Below are positions 16,593 to 26,880 of a DNA stretch of 64,000 nucleotides, one piece after another (position 1 is the first letter of the stretch; each line of letters starts with the position of its first letter). The notes below the pieces were generated by a model. That model was not told the DNA's origin. It ran no database searches and worked only from the letters and a program-made list of their open reading frames with translations. The DNA lies in the IMG/VR virus record IMGVR_UViG_3300031132_000323, positions 3,113 to 67,112 of that record; one strand, written 5' to 3'. This stretch comes from a virus. The position numbers were made by a program, and so were the translations under genes.

Positions 16593-16699
16593 AGTGGTTC
16601 CTTTCCAGCCGGTCTCGGCCGATGGATTGCGCCCGAACGGGCATGAAAAAAGCCGCCCGGATTACTCAGGGCGGCTTGGTCTTAAGGGATATAAGGCGG

Positions 16700-17050
16700 T
16701 CAACAGAACAGGTAGAAGTCCTGCATCGTGCCGCGGTATTGCGTGGCCTCGTCGAAGGTGTCGATCGGGACTGTCAAGATCTCCGGCTGCAGCGGCGTTG
16801 TAGCGCGCAGCGCGTCTTCCACCTGCTCCGCGATGTGGGCGGCCTCGATGGTCGACTGCGACCACACCTTCACCTGCACGCGGCGCTGTTTCTTGCTGGG
16901 CTTGTCGCCGCTCAGGTACTCCTGCGCGTCGCCGCCGACTACCTGATAGACGATGTACGGGGTCGGCGTGCCCTCATTCGCCATGAGCGGGAACACCCGG
17001 TCGCCGGCCAACCCGCGCAATGCCTCGCGCACTTCAATGTGAACACTCAT
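16700..17050 (-). CDS. Tail terminator protein (DUF3168-like)
   Basis: RVFP...PYIVYQVVGG...RVQVKVWS. Confidence 0.88.
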   Translation of the reverse strand: MSVHIEVREALRGLAGDRVFPLMANEGTPTPYIVYQVVGGDAQEYLSGDKPSKKQRRVQVKVWSQSTIEAAHIAEQVEDALRATTPLQPEILTVPIDTFDEATQYRGTMQDFYLFC

Positions 17051-17559
17051 CGGGTCGCGTTCCTTTCCAACTGCTCCTGCAGTTTCTTCGTCATTGCGCT
17101 CGACGCCGCAGCTTTCTTACTGTCGTAGGCCGGTCGCATGAATGGGTACGCTGGCGCGCTGGCAGTTCCGTACTCGAGCTCTGCGGCACGACGATGCGCG
17201 GCCCAACCAATCGTGCGGCCAGTGCGGGCGCTGACCTTGGTGTTTTTCGGCACAAATTTGTGTCCAAACTCGACAAATTTCCAGTAAAACGCATCGCTGC
17301 CGCCGTAGCCGCCCTTCCGAACCGTGACTAGGTAGACCTGGCGTCGGTGCTCGTCGGACTGCTCCTCCAGACGCTTGACGATGATGTTTCGGTGGATGGT
17401 CCAGGTCTTCGCGTGGGACGCAGCATTGTGCTTCGCCTCCTCGCGGAACACCTCGGCGCCGGCGAAACCAATCTCGCGCAGCATCGGCTCATCCGGTGTC
17501 ACTTGCTCGATGGTCGCAGCTACTACGCGCAGGAGATCGGACGTGTCGAAGCCGATCAT
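17047..17559 (-). CDS. HK97 gp10-family tail component
   Basis: AFYWKFVEFGH...PAYPFMRPAYD; start MIGFD at 17559. Confidence 0.88.
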   Translation of the reverse strand: MIGFDTSDLLRVVAATIEQVTPDEPMLREIGFAGAEVFREEAKHNAASHAKTWTIHRNIIVKRLEEQSDEHRRQVYLVTVRKGGYGGSDAFYWKFVEFGHKFVPKNTKVSARTGRTIGWAAHRRAAELEYGTASAPAYPFMRPAYDSKKAAASSAMTKKLQEQLERNATR

Positions 17560-17864
17560 TTGACGCTCTCGCAGACCAGGAACATCTTCCGGCGGTCCTT
17601 CGAATCCGGCACGGCCGACTTGATCTCGTACTCGACGTCCAGGTACCGCGCGCGCCATGATTCGTTGACGGCCGGGTCGTAGTTGGCCCGGATCGAGCAG
17701 CGCTTGATCACCACCTCGGTGTTCGCGCGCATCGTCTCGGCGCCAGTCTGGAAAAGTACATCGCCCCAGCGCTCGCCGAGCGGCTCGAACCCGCTCACCG
17801 GCTGGCCGGCGGCGTCACGGCCGGTGTTCGGCTGCAGCAGTGTGAATCGGTGGTTCATCGTCAT
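17556..17864 (-). CDS. Head closure / head-tail adaptor
   Basis: MNHRFTLLQP...RDAAGQP...W; position. Confidence 0.85.
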   Translation of the reverse strand: MTMNHRFTLLQPNTGRDAAGQPVSGFEPLGERWGDVLFQTGAETMRANTEVVIKRCSIRANYDPAVNESWRARYLDVEYEIKSAVPDSKDRRKMFLVCESVK

Positions 17865-18427
17865 GCGTAGTAGATCTCCGACCACAATAGCCGCCTGATG
17901 TATTCGTTCTTCGGCTGGCCGCCGGTCTCAAAATGCTCCTGCACGCGCGCGAGGATGAAGCCCGAGATGCCATCGGGTACAGCGGTGGCATCCGAGCCGT
18001 AACCGCAGCGGAAGCGCACTTCGACGGCGCCGATCATGTCGGCCGTCGCCGGCCACGCGCGGCCCGGCTTGAGCACGACGTACCCTGGGTCCGTCTTGGC
18101 GTCGGCTTGGTAGTCGGCCGGGTCGAGCGTCTGCTGTTCGCCGTTGGCGTCGTAGAACTTGACCCAGTCGAGAGCGAGCAGCGGCGGCTTGTGCAGCTTG
18201 ATCGAGCGCTCCGCTGGGAACGTGTCGAGCGTCAGCTCCCAAGTCTGCTCCATGATCAGCCGGTTGGTTTCAGTCTCGGCTTCCGCGGTGTAGGTCCGGA
18301 TCGCGCGCACGATGTCGGCGTCCAGAGCCGAAGTGCCGTCCGGGCCTACGTCGGCGCGCGCGTTCGATTGCGCCTCCTGCATCGACACGGCCAAAGCGGT
18401 CGGGCGGGCAACGATCTTGAAGGTCAT
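17861..18427 (-). CDS. Head-tail connector protein (gp6-like)
   Basis: AETETNRLIMEQTWELTLDTFP...WP.T...AVEVRFRCGYG. Confidence 0.88.
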   Translation of the reverse strand: MTFKIVARPTALAVSMQEAQSNARADVGPDGTSALDADIVRAIRTYTAEAETETNRLIMEQTWELTLDTFPAERSIKLHKPPLLALDWVKFYDANGEQQTLDPADYQADAKTDPGYVVLKPGRAWPATADMIGAVEVRFRCGYGSDATAVPDGISGFILARVQEHFETGGQPKNEYIRRLLWSEIYYA

Positions 18428-18597
18428 CGAGCACCCCCTTGGGTTGCCGCCGGCCGGTCTCCGATCGGCAGCGCGCTGCTTGCCGCCGGGGCACTGGCGT
18501 ATTCGACCGGCTCAGCCTGGGCATCCGGCTGCGGAGCGATCTTCGTTCCGCCCTCGGTCCGGACATGCGCAGCCAGGAGGTCAGCAGCGTTGATCAT
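18424..18597 (-). CDS. Small hypothetical protein
   Basis: MINAADLLAAHVRTEGG; overlaps both neighbours by stop/start. Confidence 0.55.
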   Translation of the reverse strand: MINAADLLAAHVRTEGGTKIAPQPDAQAEPVEYASAPAASSALPIGDRPAATQGGAR

Positions 18598-19526
18598 CAG
18601 TGGTCCTCCTTGATGAAGTAGATGGATCGATAGATTTTTTCGCCGTTGGCAAAGGTCACGGGCAGACCGCAGGAATTGGCAGCATCGCTTGCAGTCGACA
18701 GGCCGCCGAATTTCATAACGACCTGTGATCCCTGAATGCCCGGCGCCGACAGCGCAGTGACTCCCGCAACGACAGGTGTGCCAACCGATGCCAGCGTGGT
18801 GTTCGCGCTGAGCGCCAGGTCGGCAGCAAAGTCGAATGCGTAAAAGCGCTGGTCGTCCGGGTCCTTGCTGAATACCCACAGGCGGTCGTCTACCGCCGTC
18901 AGGAGGATGGTCCGATCGAACACCTCGCCGTTCGCGCAGGTCACCCGGAAAGTGAAATAGGCTGGCCCGCCACCCATCGCACCCAGCTTGACAAGGCCCA
19001 GCACACCCTGGAGCGTCGGCGCCTGAAGAACAGCCACGCCGGCGGACACCGGGGCGACCGATTCTGCCGTCGTTGCTGCGTCCGTCAGGTCCTTGCTGAA
19101 GTCGCCAACAAACCACAGCTCGTCGAGCGCACCCTTTACTAAGGCCACTGGACGGGTCGTGTTGAATACGGCGACACGCGGATTCGCTGCGAACTTCGCG
19201 GTTCTGGACGTCGGCACAGTTATTACCCCTGGGATTGATCCGTTCGAGCCGCCGGTCGCGGCGCCAGGCGCCATCGAACTGGACGCAACCAGTGCCGCGC
19301 CGCTTGCCGTGGCCGCCTTGGATCCGAATGCCGCGCCCGGCGCCATGCTGCTGGCTGCAACCAGCTGCGCGCCGCCGGCAACGCCCGCCGATGCTCCAAC
19401 CGCAGCGCCGCCGGCCATGCTGCTCGTCGCCACCAGGCTCGCGCCCGGCGCCGTCGCATCCTGGTTCGCTGTCGCGGCCGCTATCGCCCCGATCGGGGTA
19501 ACTCCAATGGGCGAGTATCCGATCAT
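18597..19526 (-). CDS. Virion fibre/adaptor protein with three 24-aa Ala/Gly/Ser repeats and two tandem C-terminal domains
   Basis: GA.LVA.SSMA.GAA.G x3; duplicated K....FY.FDF...G....R.I domain. Confidence 0.65.
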   Translation of the reverse strand: MIGYSPIGVTPIGAIAAATANQDATAPGASLVATSSMAGGAAVGASAGVAGGAQLVAASSMAPGAAFGSKAATASGAALVASSSMAPGAATGGSNGSIPGVITVPTSRTAKFAANPRVAVFNTTRPVALVKGALDELWFVGDFSKDLTDAATTAESVAPVSAGVAVLQAPTLQGVLGLVKLGAMGGGPAYFTFRVTCANGEVFDRTILLTAVDDRLWVFSKDPDDQRFYAFDFAADLALSANTTLASVGTPVVAGVTALSAPGIQGSQVVMKFGGLSTASDAANSCGLPVTFANGEKIYRSIYFIKEDH

Positions 19527-19529
19527 GGT

Positions 19530-21875
19530 TTATGTCGCCGCAGCGGTGGAGATGTTGTCGAAAGCGATAACGCCGTTGGTCGTGAACTCGTTGTACCCGT
19601 AAAAGCCCCATTCACCGGCTTGCGCGGGGATCGACGAATCTGTGACCGAAATAGCGTTAGCCGCGGCAGCACTCCAAGTGCCACCCGGTTGCAACCACAG
19701 ACCATCGCTCAAGCGCTTGACTTTCGCAGTCACCGTGGTGACACTGCCGGAGGTCTTGGCGGCCAGGTAGTACCGGAATCCCGCCCCCATCGGAATAGAC
19801 ATTGCAACAGGGCTGCCGAGCACGGTTTGCGTCGAGCCGACCTGTTTGAAGATTTTGATCTGGTTCTCGAACGGGACGCTAATATCCAGCCCGTACGCTG
19901 CTTGAGCTCCCGACCATGGGACGATTGAGTTGCCACGAACTAGCAGCGCTGCGTGGATAACGTCGTTGCTGCCGAGCGTACCGGAAATAGTGATGTCAGC
20001 GCTCAGCTCAACGTTGCCGCCGAATGCATCGAGAGCATTTTTCTTTGCTCCGCCAATCAGGTTTGGGGAGCGGCCGCTGTAGAGCAGCCGATTGGGAAGG
20101 GACGTGTCCTCGACCCATGGAGCGCCGCTTTGTAAAGTCCAGGTACTTGGCACCGCATTGTCCATGTAGCAGTTTGCGCCGACGTGGTAGCTCCCCACTG
20201 TTCCATCCTTACGCACGAAGTCAGTAAAGCCGATGCCCTGACAGTCATCCAGCACCATTTGCTTGATGTTTGCGCCAACCTCCACAGCGATCGGGCAACC
20301 GTTGACCGCGGAGTTGGAATGGAACATCGCTCCTTTGATTTTCAGCTGCTGAATCTGGCACCCGTTATCGAAGAAGATCTGATCCTTCATGTACGTACCG
20401 GTGCTGGTGTTCGTGCTGTGGTAGTTCTCGATAAGTACCTGCGTAGCCTTGAATCGGGGGCCGCACCAGACTGCGGGGAAAAACTCGTTCTCGAAGTATT
20501 CTCGGCTGATGCCATGGAAAAGCAGGCGCTCAATCTGGCAATTCAGGTAAGCGCCTTTCTTCGGCCAATCGCCGTTCACCCGATTCAGGACATGGATATT
20601 CCCGATGCGGATCGTGCCGATGTTGCCGGGCCCGACAGGCATCGAGAGGTTCGGATCGGCAGTAAAGTTATCGATCACCAGCCAATTGCCGCCGAAATCG
20701 CCCTTGATGTTGTTGATCGAAAAGCGATCCATGCGCGACGTGCTCGACAGCAGGCGTATGCCGGCGGCGATGGAGTGAATCTCCATGTTGTCGATGGTGA
20801 CATCAAGGATCGGGCCGTACACGCCGCCATACGGGCCGTAGTTGCCCGGTGCGTTGAAAATGTCATTGGCGGTGAACGACAGCGAGTCGTCCGCGCATCC
20901 GTAAATCCGCCCATCCAGCAAACGCAGGTGTTGCGCAGGGCCGTTGAAGTGGATTCCGTCGCTGTTCAGCTTGGTGTTATCCATGCCGAAGTTGACGAAA
21001 AAGTTCTGCAGCAGGACGTTCGATACGTTGGTGCCTCGGAAGGCGAACGATACCGGGCGGCGCCATTCAATGCCGTCCGTCATATTGAGGCTGTCCACGC
21101 CCAGGAAATCGAACAGGAAAATGCCGCCCGTCGCTGCGGTCTCGCGCACGGATTGATTGTCCTGATTGCCGTGCCAGATGCCGCCCCGGAACGAGATGTT
21201 CCTGTCGCCGTTCGAGGTATTCACTCCGCTGCCGTCCTTGACGACGTTCGGATTGCGGTTCCGGAACATCGACGTTGGCTGATCTTTTCGCATGACTGCG
21301 CCGCAGCCAGGCATGGCGATCACATCGGTGTTACTGTTGACCAGCAGGCAATAGGTCGAGCTTGCAGAGTCCAGACTGTACTTGCTGTCCCACACGATGC
21401 GTAGCGTGCTGCCGTCGTTGTTTTTGTCGAACAGCTTTTGCAGCGCGGCCGTTTGGCTCGGGCCGGTAACGGGTGACATGGCCAGACTGGTCACGCCATC
21501 ATCGAAGCATGCCGACGACGTGAAAACGACGCGTACAGAAGTGCCGTTTTCCCACTTCGCCAGCGTTGCGCCGAGCGGCGTAGCGATAACCTCTTTGGTT
21601 CCGGCGCTGAAGTTGACCAGCGCATTGCCATTCGAGCTCGAGGTCGGCGTGCGCGAGAACGTGGCCGTGCCGTTGCTGATCGTTGTGATGGTGGCAATGC
21701 CGCATTCCCATTCTGCGGAGCCAGCGAGGCCGACCGAATAGGGGAAGGTATCGCCGACCACAAGGCCAGCGGCCACCACGGTGCGGAATTCGGGCGAAAC
21801 TGCCGTCGCCGCCATGGTGAGTGGGCCAGTACTGACACCGGTCGTTGCGACTCTAACGCGCTCGGGAAATTTCAT
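19530..21875 (-). CDS. Beta-helix polysaccharide depolymerase (GH28/pectin-lyase-like) spike with C-terminal lectin-like domain
   Basis: NSDGIHF and ADDSLSF match the GH28 NTDG/DD motifs; TAALQKLFD beta-helix cap; virion-type N-terminus. Confidence 0.75.
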   Translation of the reverse strand: MKFPERVRVATTGVSTGPLTMAATAVSPEFRTVVAAGLVVGDTFPYSVGLAGSAEWECGIATITTISNGTATFSRTPTSSSNGNALVNFSAGTKEVIATPLGATLAKWENGTSVRVVFTSSACFDDGVTSLAMSPVTGPSQTAALQKLFDKNNDGSTLRIVWDSKYSLDSASSTYCLLVNSNTDVIAMPGCGAVMRKDQPTSMFRNRNPNVVKDGSGVNTSNGDRNISFRGGIWHGNQDNQSVRETAATGGIFLFDFLGVDSLNMTDGIEWRRPVSFAFRGTNVSNVLLQNFFVNFGMDNTKLNSDGIHFNGPAQHLRLLDGRIYGCADDSLSFTANDIFNAPGNYGPYGGVYGPILDVTIDNMEIHSIAAGIRLLSSTSRMDRFSINNIKGDFGGNWLVIDNFTADPNLSMPVGPGNIGTIRIGNIHVLNRVNGDWPKKGAYLNCQIERLLFHGISREYFENEFFPAVWCGPRFKATQVLIENYHSTNTSTGTYMKDQIFFDNGCQIQQLKIKGAMFHSNSAVNGCPIAVEVGANIKQMVLDDCQGIGFTDFVRKDGTVGSYHVGANCYMDNAVPSTWTLQSGAPWVEDTSLPNRLLYSGRSPNLIGGAKKNALDAFGGNVELSADITISGTLGSNDVIHAALLVRGNSIVPWSGAQAAYGLDISVPFENQIKIFKQVGSTQTVLGSPVAMSIPMGAGFRYYLAAKTSGSVTTVTAKVKRLSDGLWLQPGGTWSAAAANAISVTDSSIPAQAGEWGFYGYNEFTTNGVIAFDNISTAAAT

Positions 21876-21878
21876 GCT

Positions 21879-22298
21879 TTAGGCCGGGGTATTGATGGTG
21901 ATGGTGGTCGCGTTCAGAGTGAACGTGCCTGCGCTGGTAGAGACGTCGGCGCCGAAGTCGTCGACGCAGACCAATTCATCGGCAGATGCCGCGCCTCCGC
22001 GGCGCTTGTAGTACACGGCCTTGCGCGCGGTGATCGTCGAATTGGCCCAGGCGACCTGCGGGAACGTGACAACCACGCGGTGGTTGGTGGTGTCCTTGGC
22101 GAAGGTCGGCACGATGGCCTGGCCGCCGGCGGTGTAACCGGTGCCACTCACCTCGTTGTTGATGTCGGAGCGCTTGGTATGCGCGCCCTTGTTCTCGGTG
22201 TAGCCAGAGCCGACCAGCAGCACGTAATAGGTGTCGCCCTTGGTGATGTTGCCGGCCAGGACGTCGTCCAGGTAGCTGTCGTATGCGGTCGATGCCAT
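21879..22298 (-). CDS. Virion structural protein (spike-base-like)
   Basis: EVSGTGYTAGG...F.QVAW...TITAR...DFG.DVSTSAGTFTL motif. Confidence 0.7.
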   Translation of the reverse strand: MASTAYDSYLDDVLAGNITKGDTYYVLLVGSGYTENKGAHTKRSDINNEVSGTGYTAGGQAIVPTFAKDTTNHRVVVTFPQVAWANSTITARKAVYYKRRGGAASADELVCVDDFGADVSTSAGTFTLNATTITINTPA

Positions 22299-22307
22299 GG
22301 CGGCCTT

Positions 22308-22595
22308 TCAGGATTCAGTTGCCGGGGCGGCGTCGGCCGGGCCCAGCGTGATGGTTTTGATTTTCTTGTGCCGCTCGAGCATCACTGCGGTAAAGCCCTT
22401 CTCCCGCAGCAGAACGAGCAGCGCACCCCAGGTCTCGCGATCTACCGTGCCGATCGCGCCGCCCAGGTGAGCGACTTTTCCGTCGAGGCTCTTCACCTGC
22501 ACGATCGCTCGATATGGCAGCCGCTTTTCGTAGCCGTCAGGCCGGTCGTATGCGCGAACGCTGAAGGTTTCGGGGGTCATCGTCAGGTGGACCAT
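22308..22595 (-). CDS. Hypothetical protein
   Basis: 95-aa ORF with GGAG RBS in the head operon. Confidence 0.55.
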   Translation of the reverse strand: MVHLTMTPETFSVRAYDRPDGYEKRLPYRAIVQVKSLDGKVAHLGGAIGTVDRETWGALLVLLREKGFTAVMLERHKKIKTITLGPADAAPATES

Positions 22596-22684
22596 GCAGA
22601 TCTCCGACAGGGTGTTCGAACGAGCGGAAGCCGCCGGCCGGCGCGCACGCGGGCGAGCCAGGCGGCGGTTTCGGGCTTCATGGG

Positions 22685-22960
22685 TTATGCCTTGGGCTTG
22701 CGGCCTGGCTTGGTCGGTGCGGGCACGTCGGGCGCGACGACAGCAGCGGGCGCGGATACCTCATCGCCAGCAGGCGTAGCCTCCACGGCCGGCGCCGGAG
22801 TGGCTCCCACCTCTTCCGCAAGTCCAGCGCCGACGAAAGCCTCAGCCAGGTCGCGGGCGCCAGCGGTCGCGGTCAGGTCGTATTCCTGGTCAGCCTCGTA
22901 GGAAGCCACCCGGATGCCGTCAACCGACCCGCGCTGGGTGCTCAGCATGCGGATCAGCAT
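22685..22960 (-). CDS. Small head-region protein with Pro/Ala-rich tail
   Basis: Start MLIRMLSTQRGSVDG at 22960. Confidence 0.65.
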   Translation of the reverse strand: MLIRMLSTQRGSVDGIRVASYEADQEYDLTATAGARDLAEAFVGAGLAEEVGATPAPAVEATPAGDEVSAPAAVVAPDVPAPTKPGRKPKA

Positions 22961-22962
22961 GC

Positions 22963-23352
22963 TTAGGCCGTTGGAGCGTTGGCCGGATGACCCAGCACGA
23001 CGTGTGCAGCGCAGTCCAGCGTCGGCGACGTCCCGGCAACGGTCTTCACGACCGCGCGGATGTAGCGCTTGTAGCCCAGGTAGGCCACTTGCGACACCTG
23101 GTTGGCAGCCGTGACGACCGGCTCGACGCCGCGGATGTCCCTGTCGGCGACGGCGGTGAAGGTAGTGTTGTCGTCGCTCTCCTGCACTTCGAAGGTGAAG
23201 CTCGGCGCGGCGCCACCGATCGCGCCACTCGAGAATACGACGGAGGCGGCATTGAAGCCAGCCAGATCGACGCCCGAACCGTTGGCGGCAGCGTTGCGGG
23301 TTGCCGGCACCAGGGATTGGACCGGCTTGATGTTGGATTTCAGGTCGCGCAT
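22963..23352 (-). CDS. Putative capsid decoration/cement protein
   Basis: GVDLAGF...VQESDDNTTFTAVAD...YLGYKRYIR; directly after the capsid gene. Confidence 0.7.
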   Translation of the reverse strand: MRDLKSNIKPVQSLVPATRNAAANGSGVDLAGFNAASVVFSSGAIGGAAPSFTFEVQESDDNTTFTAVADRDIRGVEPVVTAANQVSQVAYLGYKRYIRAVVKTVAGTSPTLDCAAHVVLGHPANAPTA

Positions 23353-23413
23353 GGACGATTCCTAGTATGTGGGTTGCGGGAGTCCCCGGCTCACGGCCGG
23401 GGACCATTCGGCA

Positions 23414-24643
23414 TCAGGCCGCGATCTTCAGCTTCTTGCCGGCTTCGGCCTGGCGCACGCCGCCGCCGACGCGCTTGCGGGCACGGAACACGACCAGACC
23501 ATCGTCTGCTTCGGTCACGTAGTCGGCCGAGAACGAGATCGCCACGCGGTCAGCGATGACGTACAGTTTCTTCCAGTCGGCGAACACGATCGGGCAAGCG
23601 CCGGCCGCGATGTTCGGCATGTCGGCCATTTCGACGTACGAAGCGCCGTTGATGGTGTTCGGCACGCCGTTGGCAATGCCAGGCACCCACAGGTACTGGC
23701 CGTCGTTGTCCTTCAGCTTGCGCACCGCGCCGAGGGTCAGGCGATTCATGCCGAACACGGCATTGCGTGCGTAGTTGGTTTTCAGTCCGTAGAACAGGCT
23801 CAGGATGCCGTCGCCGGTCAGTTGCGTCGCGTGGCCGCCGTTGATGGCTTCGACCAGGGCGTTGGTCAGGATGCCTTCCATCTGGCCGATGCCGGTGCCA
23901 GAAATCGATTCGATCCCTTCCTTCACCGAGAACTGGTCGGCGGCATCCTCGCGCAGCTCCGCGAACAGGTCGTAATCCGAGTCTTCCAGCATCTGCTGCG
24001 AGATTTCCATGCGCGCGAACAGCTCCGGGGCTTGGTATTCGATCATGCCGTACGCCGGGTCGCCGGTGTTGGTGCGCTTCTCGGTTTCGCCCACGCGCTT
24101 GGCTGAGCCGTTGCCAACCTTTTTACGCATCTTCAGGCTCGGGCCGCCGATGGTGCGCACGGTGGCCAGCGAACGGATCGGGGTCATCTCGATCACGTCC
24201 TTCATGATGTCGGCCTGCAGGTCCGGCGGCGCCAGCAGGTAGCCGCCGCTGGCATCGTCGCCCTTGACCAGGGCGTTCGAGCGCTCGCGGATCAGGGCCA
24301 TGTCGGCGCTGTCGCGATTTTCGGGCGACTTGCGCAGCACGCGGTTGTATGCGTCCAGGTACTCGCGGGCCGCTTTGGCCTGCTCGCCGCCGGCGCCGCC
24401 CAGGCCCGCACGATTTGCGATCTTCTCGATGGCGTCCAGCTGCTGCTGCATGGCCTTGTTCTGCTGGTCGATCAGCACCAGCTTTTGGCTGTTATCTTCG
24501 TGCTTGTCCAGCGCAGCGTTGATCTTGTCGAGCTTCGCATCCAGGTCGGCGCTGCGTTTCTGCAGGTTCGCGTCGTTGGTGCGCTTGAACTCGTTGAACG
24601 CTTCCATTACTTCTTGTGCGGCGTCTTTGTCTGCCATGGTCAT
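23414..24643 (-). CDS. Major capsid protein, HK97 family
   Basis: N-terminal coiled delta domain; GGYLLAP, ISQQMLEDS, LKDNDGQYLW, RVGGGV motifs. Confidence 0.97.
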   Translation of the reverse strand: MTMADKDAAQEVMEAFNEFKRTNDANLQKRSADLDAKLDKINAALDKHEDNSQKLVLIDQQNKAMQQQLDAIEKIANRAGLGGAGGEQAKAAREYLDAYNRVLRKSPENRDSADMALIRERSNALVKGDDASGGYLLAPPDLQADIMKDVIEMTPIRSLATVRTIGGPSLKMRKKVGNGSAKRVGETEKRTNTGDPAYGMIEYQAPELFARMEISQQMLEDSDYDLFAELREDAADQFSVKEGIESISGTGIGQMEGILTNALVEAINGGHATQLTGDGILSLFYGLKTNYARNAVFGMNRLTLGAVRKLKDNDGQYLWVPGIANGVPNTINGASYVEMADMPNIAAGACPIVFADWKKLYVIADRVAISFSADYVTEADDGLVVFRARKRVGGGVRQAEAGKKLKIAA

Positions 24644-25650
24644 TCCTTGATGGTGGAGGTGATGTTTTTGATGTGCTGCGCGATCCGCGAGGCCGCGGCG
24701 CGCTGTTCATCCGCAGGGTCCCCACCATCGCGGAGGGGGTTTTCTGGCGGCTCCGGGGAATCGTCGCGATTCACCCGCGGCATCGCGGCTGCGATGCGCT
24801 TTGCTTGCGCGTTCGAAAGCCCTTCTCCGTCGCGGAGGAAGGCTTCGAACTCGCGAATTTCCGGCCCGCCGGCGGATGCCAGCAGGTTCTGAGGTGTGTT
24901 CTTGAAGTGGTTCAGCATCGCTGAGGCGGCGGCCTTTTTCTTCTTGGCCGGCACCACCACGTCTGCGAAGCCAGCATCGACGGCCGACTGACCGAGGAAC
25001 CAGGTTTCAGCGTTCACCCAGGCTTCGATGTCGGCGCGCTTAGCGTCGGTGCGCGCCTCGTAGATGTTGACCAAGCCGGCCTGCAGCTGATCCAGGACGT
25101 CGGCCTCCTTGCGGAACGCATCAGCGTCGCCCCACATGCCCGACCACGGCTTGTGGATCATCAGGTTCGCACCCTCGCTGATGCGGATCTCGTCGCCGGC
25201 CATCGCAATGACGCTGGCGATCGAGGCCGCGATGCTGTCGATGTGCACGACGATCTTGGCGTCATGCCGGGCGAGCGCCTGGTAGATGGCCAGACCTTCG
25301 AACACCAGGCCGCCACCACTGTTGATCCGAACATGGATCGTGTCGACGTCGAGGTTGGCGATCTGGTTCGAGATCGATTCGCCGGTGATGCCCTCATCCC
25401 ACCAGCCGCCTCCGATGTCGCCGTAGATCAGCACCTCGGTTTCGTTGTCGGCCAGCTGGTTAATGCGCACATGGCCGGGCTTGAGCGCGTTGCGGTTGAC
25501 GTAGCGGAGCGAGCCGGAATCTTCCGGGTCTTCCGAGGCCAGCTTCGAGAGGACGGTATCGAGATTGTTTCGCGCCTCGATTAGCAGGCGCTCGTTTTCA
25601 GCGGACAGCACTCGGCCTGCAGCCTTGCGCTGCATATTCGGTTGGGGCAT
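24640..25650 (-). CDS. Head maturation protease, ClpP-like
   Basis: IYGDIG, INSGGG, ASIASVIAMAGD, MIHKPW, AETW motifs. Confidence 0.95.
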   Translation of the reverse strand: MPQPNMQRKAAGRVLSAENERLLIEARNNLDTVLSKLASEDPEDSGSLRYVNRNALKPGHVRINQLADNETEVLIYGDIGGGWWDEGITGESISNQIANLDVDTIHVRINSGGGLVFEGLAIYQALARHDAKIVVHIDSIAASIASVIAMAGDEIRISEGANLMIHKPWSGMWGDADAFRKEADVLDQLQAGLVNIYEARTDAKRADIEAWVNAETWFLGQSAVDAGFADVVVPAKKKKAAASAMLNHFKNTPQNLLASAGGPEIREFEAFLRDGEGLSNAQAKRIAAAMPRVNRDDSPEPPENPLRDGGDPADEQRAAASRIAQHIKNITSTIKE

Positions 25651-25656
25651 TCGGAA

Positions 25657-26880
25657 TTACTCCTGGGGAGCGGGTATTGCGGACTCGGCGGGCTTTGGCT
25701 CGCCGACGATGTTTGCTGGGATGCGCAGCTGGTCGCTGGCGGGATCGTCGTCAGGGTTTAGGTCGAGCAAGTCACGCCCTTCGTTCGGGTACATGATCCC
25801 GCCATTCACATAACCCAGGATAATGTCCTTCGTTTCCGTGGCTGAACCGCGGAGCATCCCCTCTTCGGTGAAGTTGAAGTAAAGCCCCTCGTCGATCTCC
25901 TCGTCGGTCAGGAGATTGATCATTGCCGACTGCTCAAACGACTCCCATCGCGGAGCCAGACAGTCCTCGCGGTGCGCTCGATTCATTTCCTCAGCGCTAG
26001 CAAAAGTGGCTGTTTTGTCGGCAAACCCGATTTTTATGGGAAGCACGCCCATGAACGAGCAGATCTGTTCTACTTGCGTCTTCCGGGTCTCATTGCTCTG
26101 TGCGTCGACCGAAGTCATGGACGTATTTAGGAACTTGGCGCCGCGGTCGAGAATCATCGGCTTGCCAGCGTTTTGCAGGCCGGCGAACTGCTTGGCAATC
26201 CAGCCCGACAGGTCGTCATACTGCTTCTTGTCCAGCGTGGACTCGACCGCATAAACGCCTGCGTTCTGGACGCCGTTCTTGTGCAGCCGCGCCGCCGCCT
26301 CCTCTGTGGCCATTGCGAGTCCGATGGCTTCGCGCGCCAGCTTGATGACGTCCAGCCCATGAAAACCGTCGATGGTCGGTCCGCGCAGATGCCAGATTTG
26401 CTCCTTGGTGAGGGTCCGCGTTGTGCCGTCCAATCCCATCACTTCGTACGTAATGCGGAGATTCTCATCCTGCTTCGGCGTTACCCTTCCAGGCGGGAGC
26501 GGGATCAACTCGATGTACTTGCCGGTCGCGCTCCGATTCTTGAATACGAAAGCGTTGCCGCACAGCTCGATGTGCCACGCCAGCATCTGGCGAAATTCGA
26601 AGCTGGTCTGCCAGTCGTTGGGCTTCAGCGAGAGCAGGCGGTACAGCGGGTGCTTTGTCGCTGGTACGCGGCGGCGCCCGCTTTTCTGCATCAGCTTGAA
26701 CGGAACCTGGGCGTAGCCATTGCCGATCACGCGGCAGCAGGCAAACACGGTCGCGACCTGGAGTGCAGTCTTCCAGTTGACCGTTTTCCCAGTTGCCGAC
26801 TCCAGGGCGCCAATCCACTCCTGCCAGAACGGCTCGGTGAACGCCTGGTTGCGGCGTCCTTTTTGGACGAAGAATGACAT
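25657..26880 (-). CDS. Portal protein, HK97 family
   Basis: ALQVATVFACCRVI, HPLYRLL..KPN.WQTSFEF, IWHLRG motifs. Confidence 0.97.
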   Translation of the reverse strand: MSFFVQKGRRNQAFTEPFWQEWIGALESATGKTVNWKTALQVATVFACCRVIGNGYAQVPFKLMQKSGRRRVPATKHPLYRLLSLKPNDWQTSFEFRQMLAWHIELCGNAFVFKNRSATGKYIELIPLPPGRVTPKQDENLRITYEVMGLDGTTRTLTKEQIWHLRGPTIDGFHGLDVIKLAREAIGLAMATEEAAARLHKNGVQNAGVYAVESTLDKKQYDDLSGWIAKQFAGLQNAGKPMILDRGAKFLNTSMTSVDAQSNETRKTQVEQICSFMGVLPIKIGFADKTATFASAEEMNRAHREDCLAPRWESFEQSAMINLLTDEEIDEGLYFNFTEEGMLRGSATETKDIILGYVNGGIMYPNEGRDLLDLNPDDDPASDQLRIPANIVGEPKPAESAIPAPQE

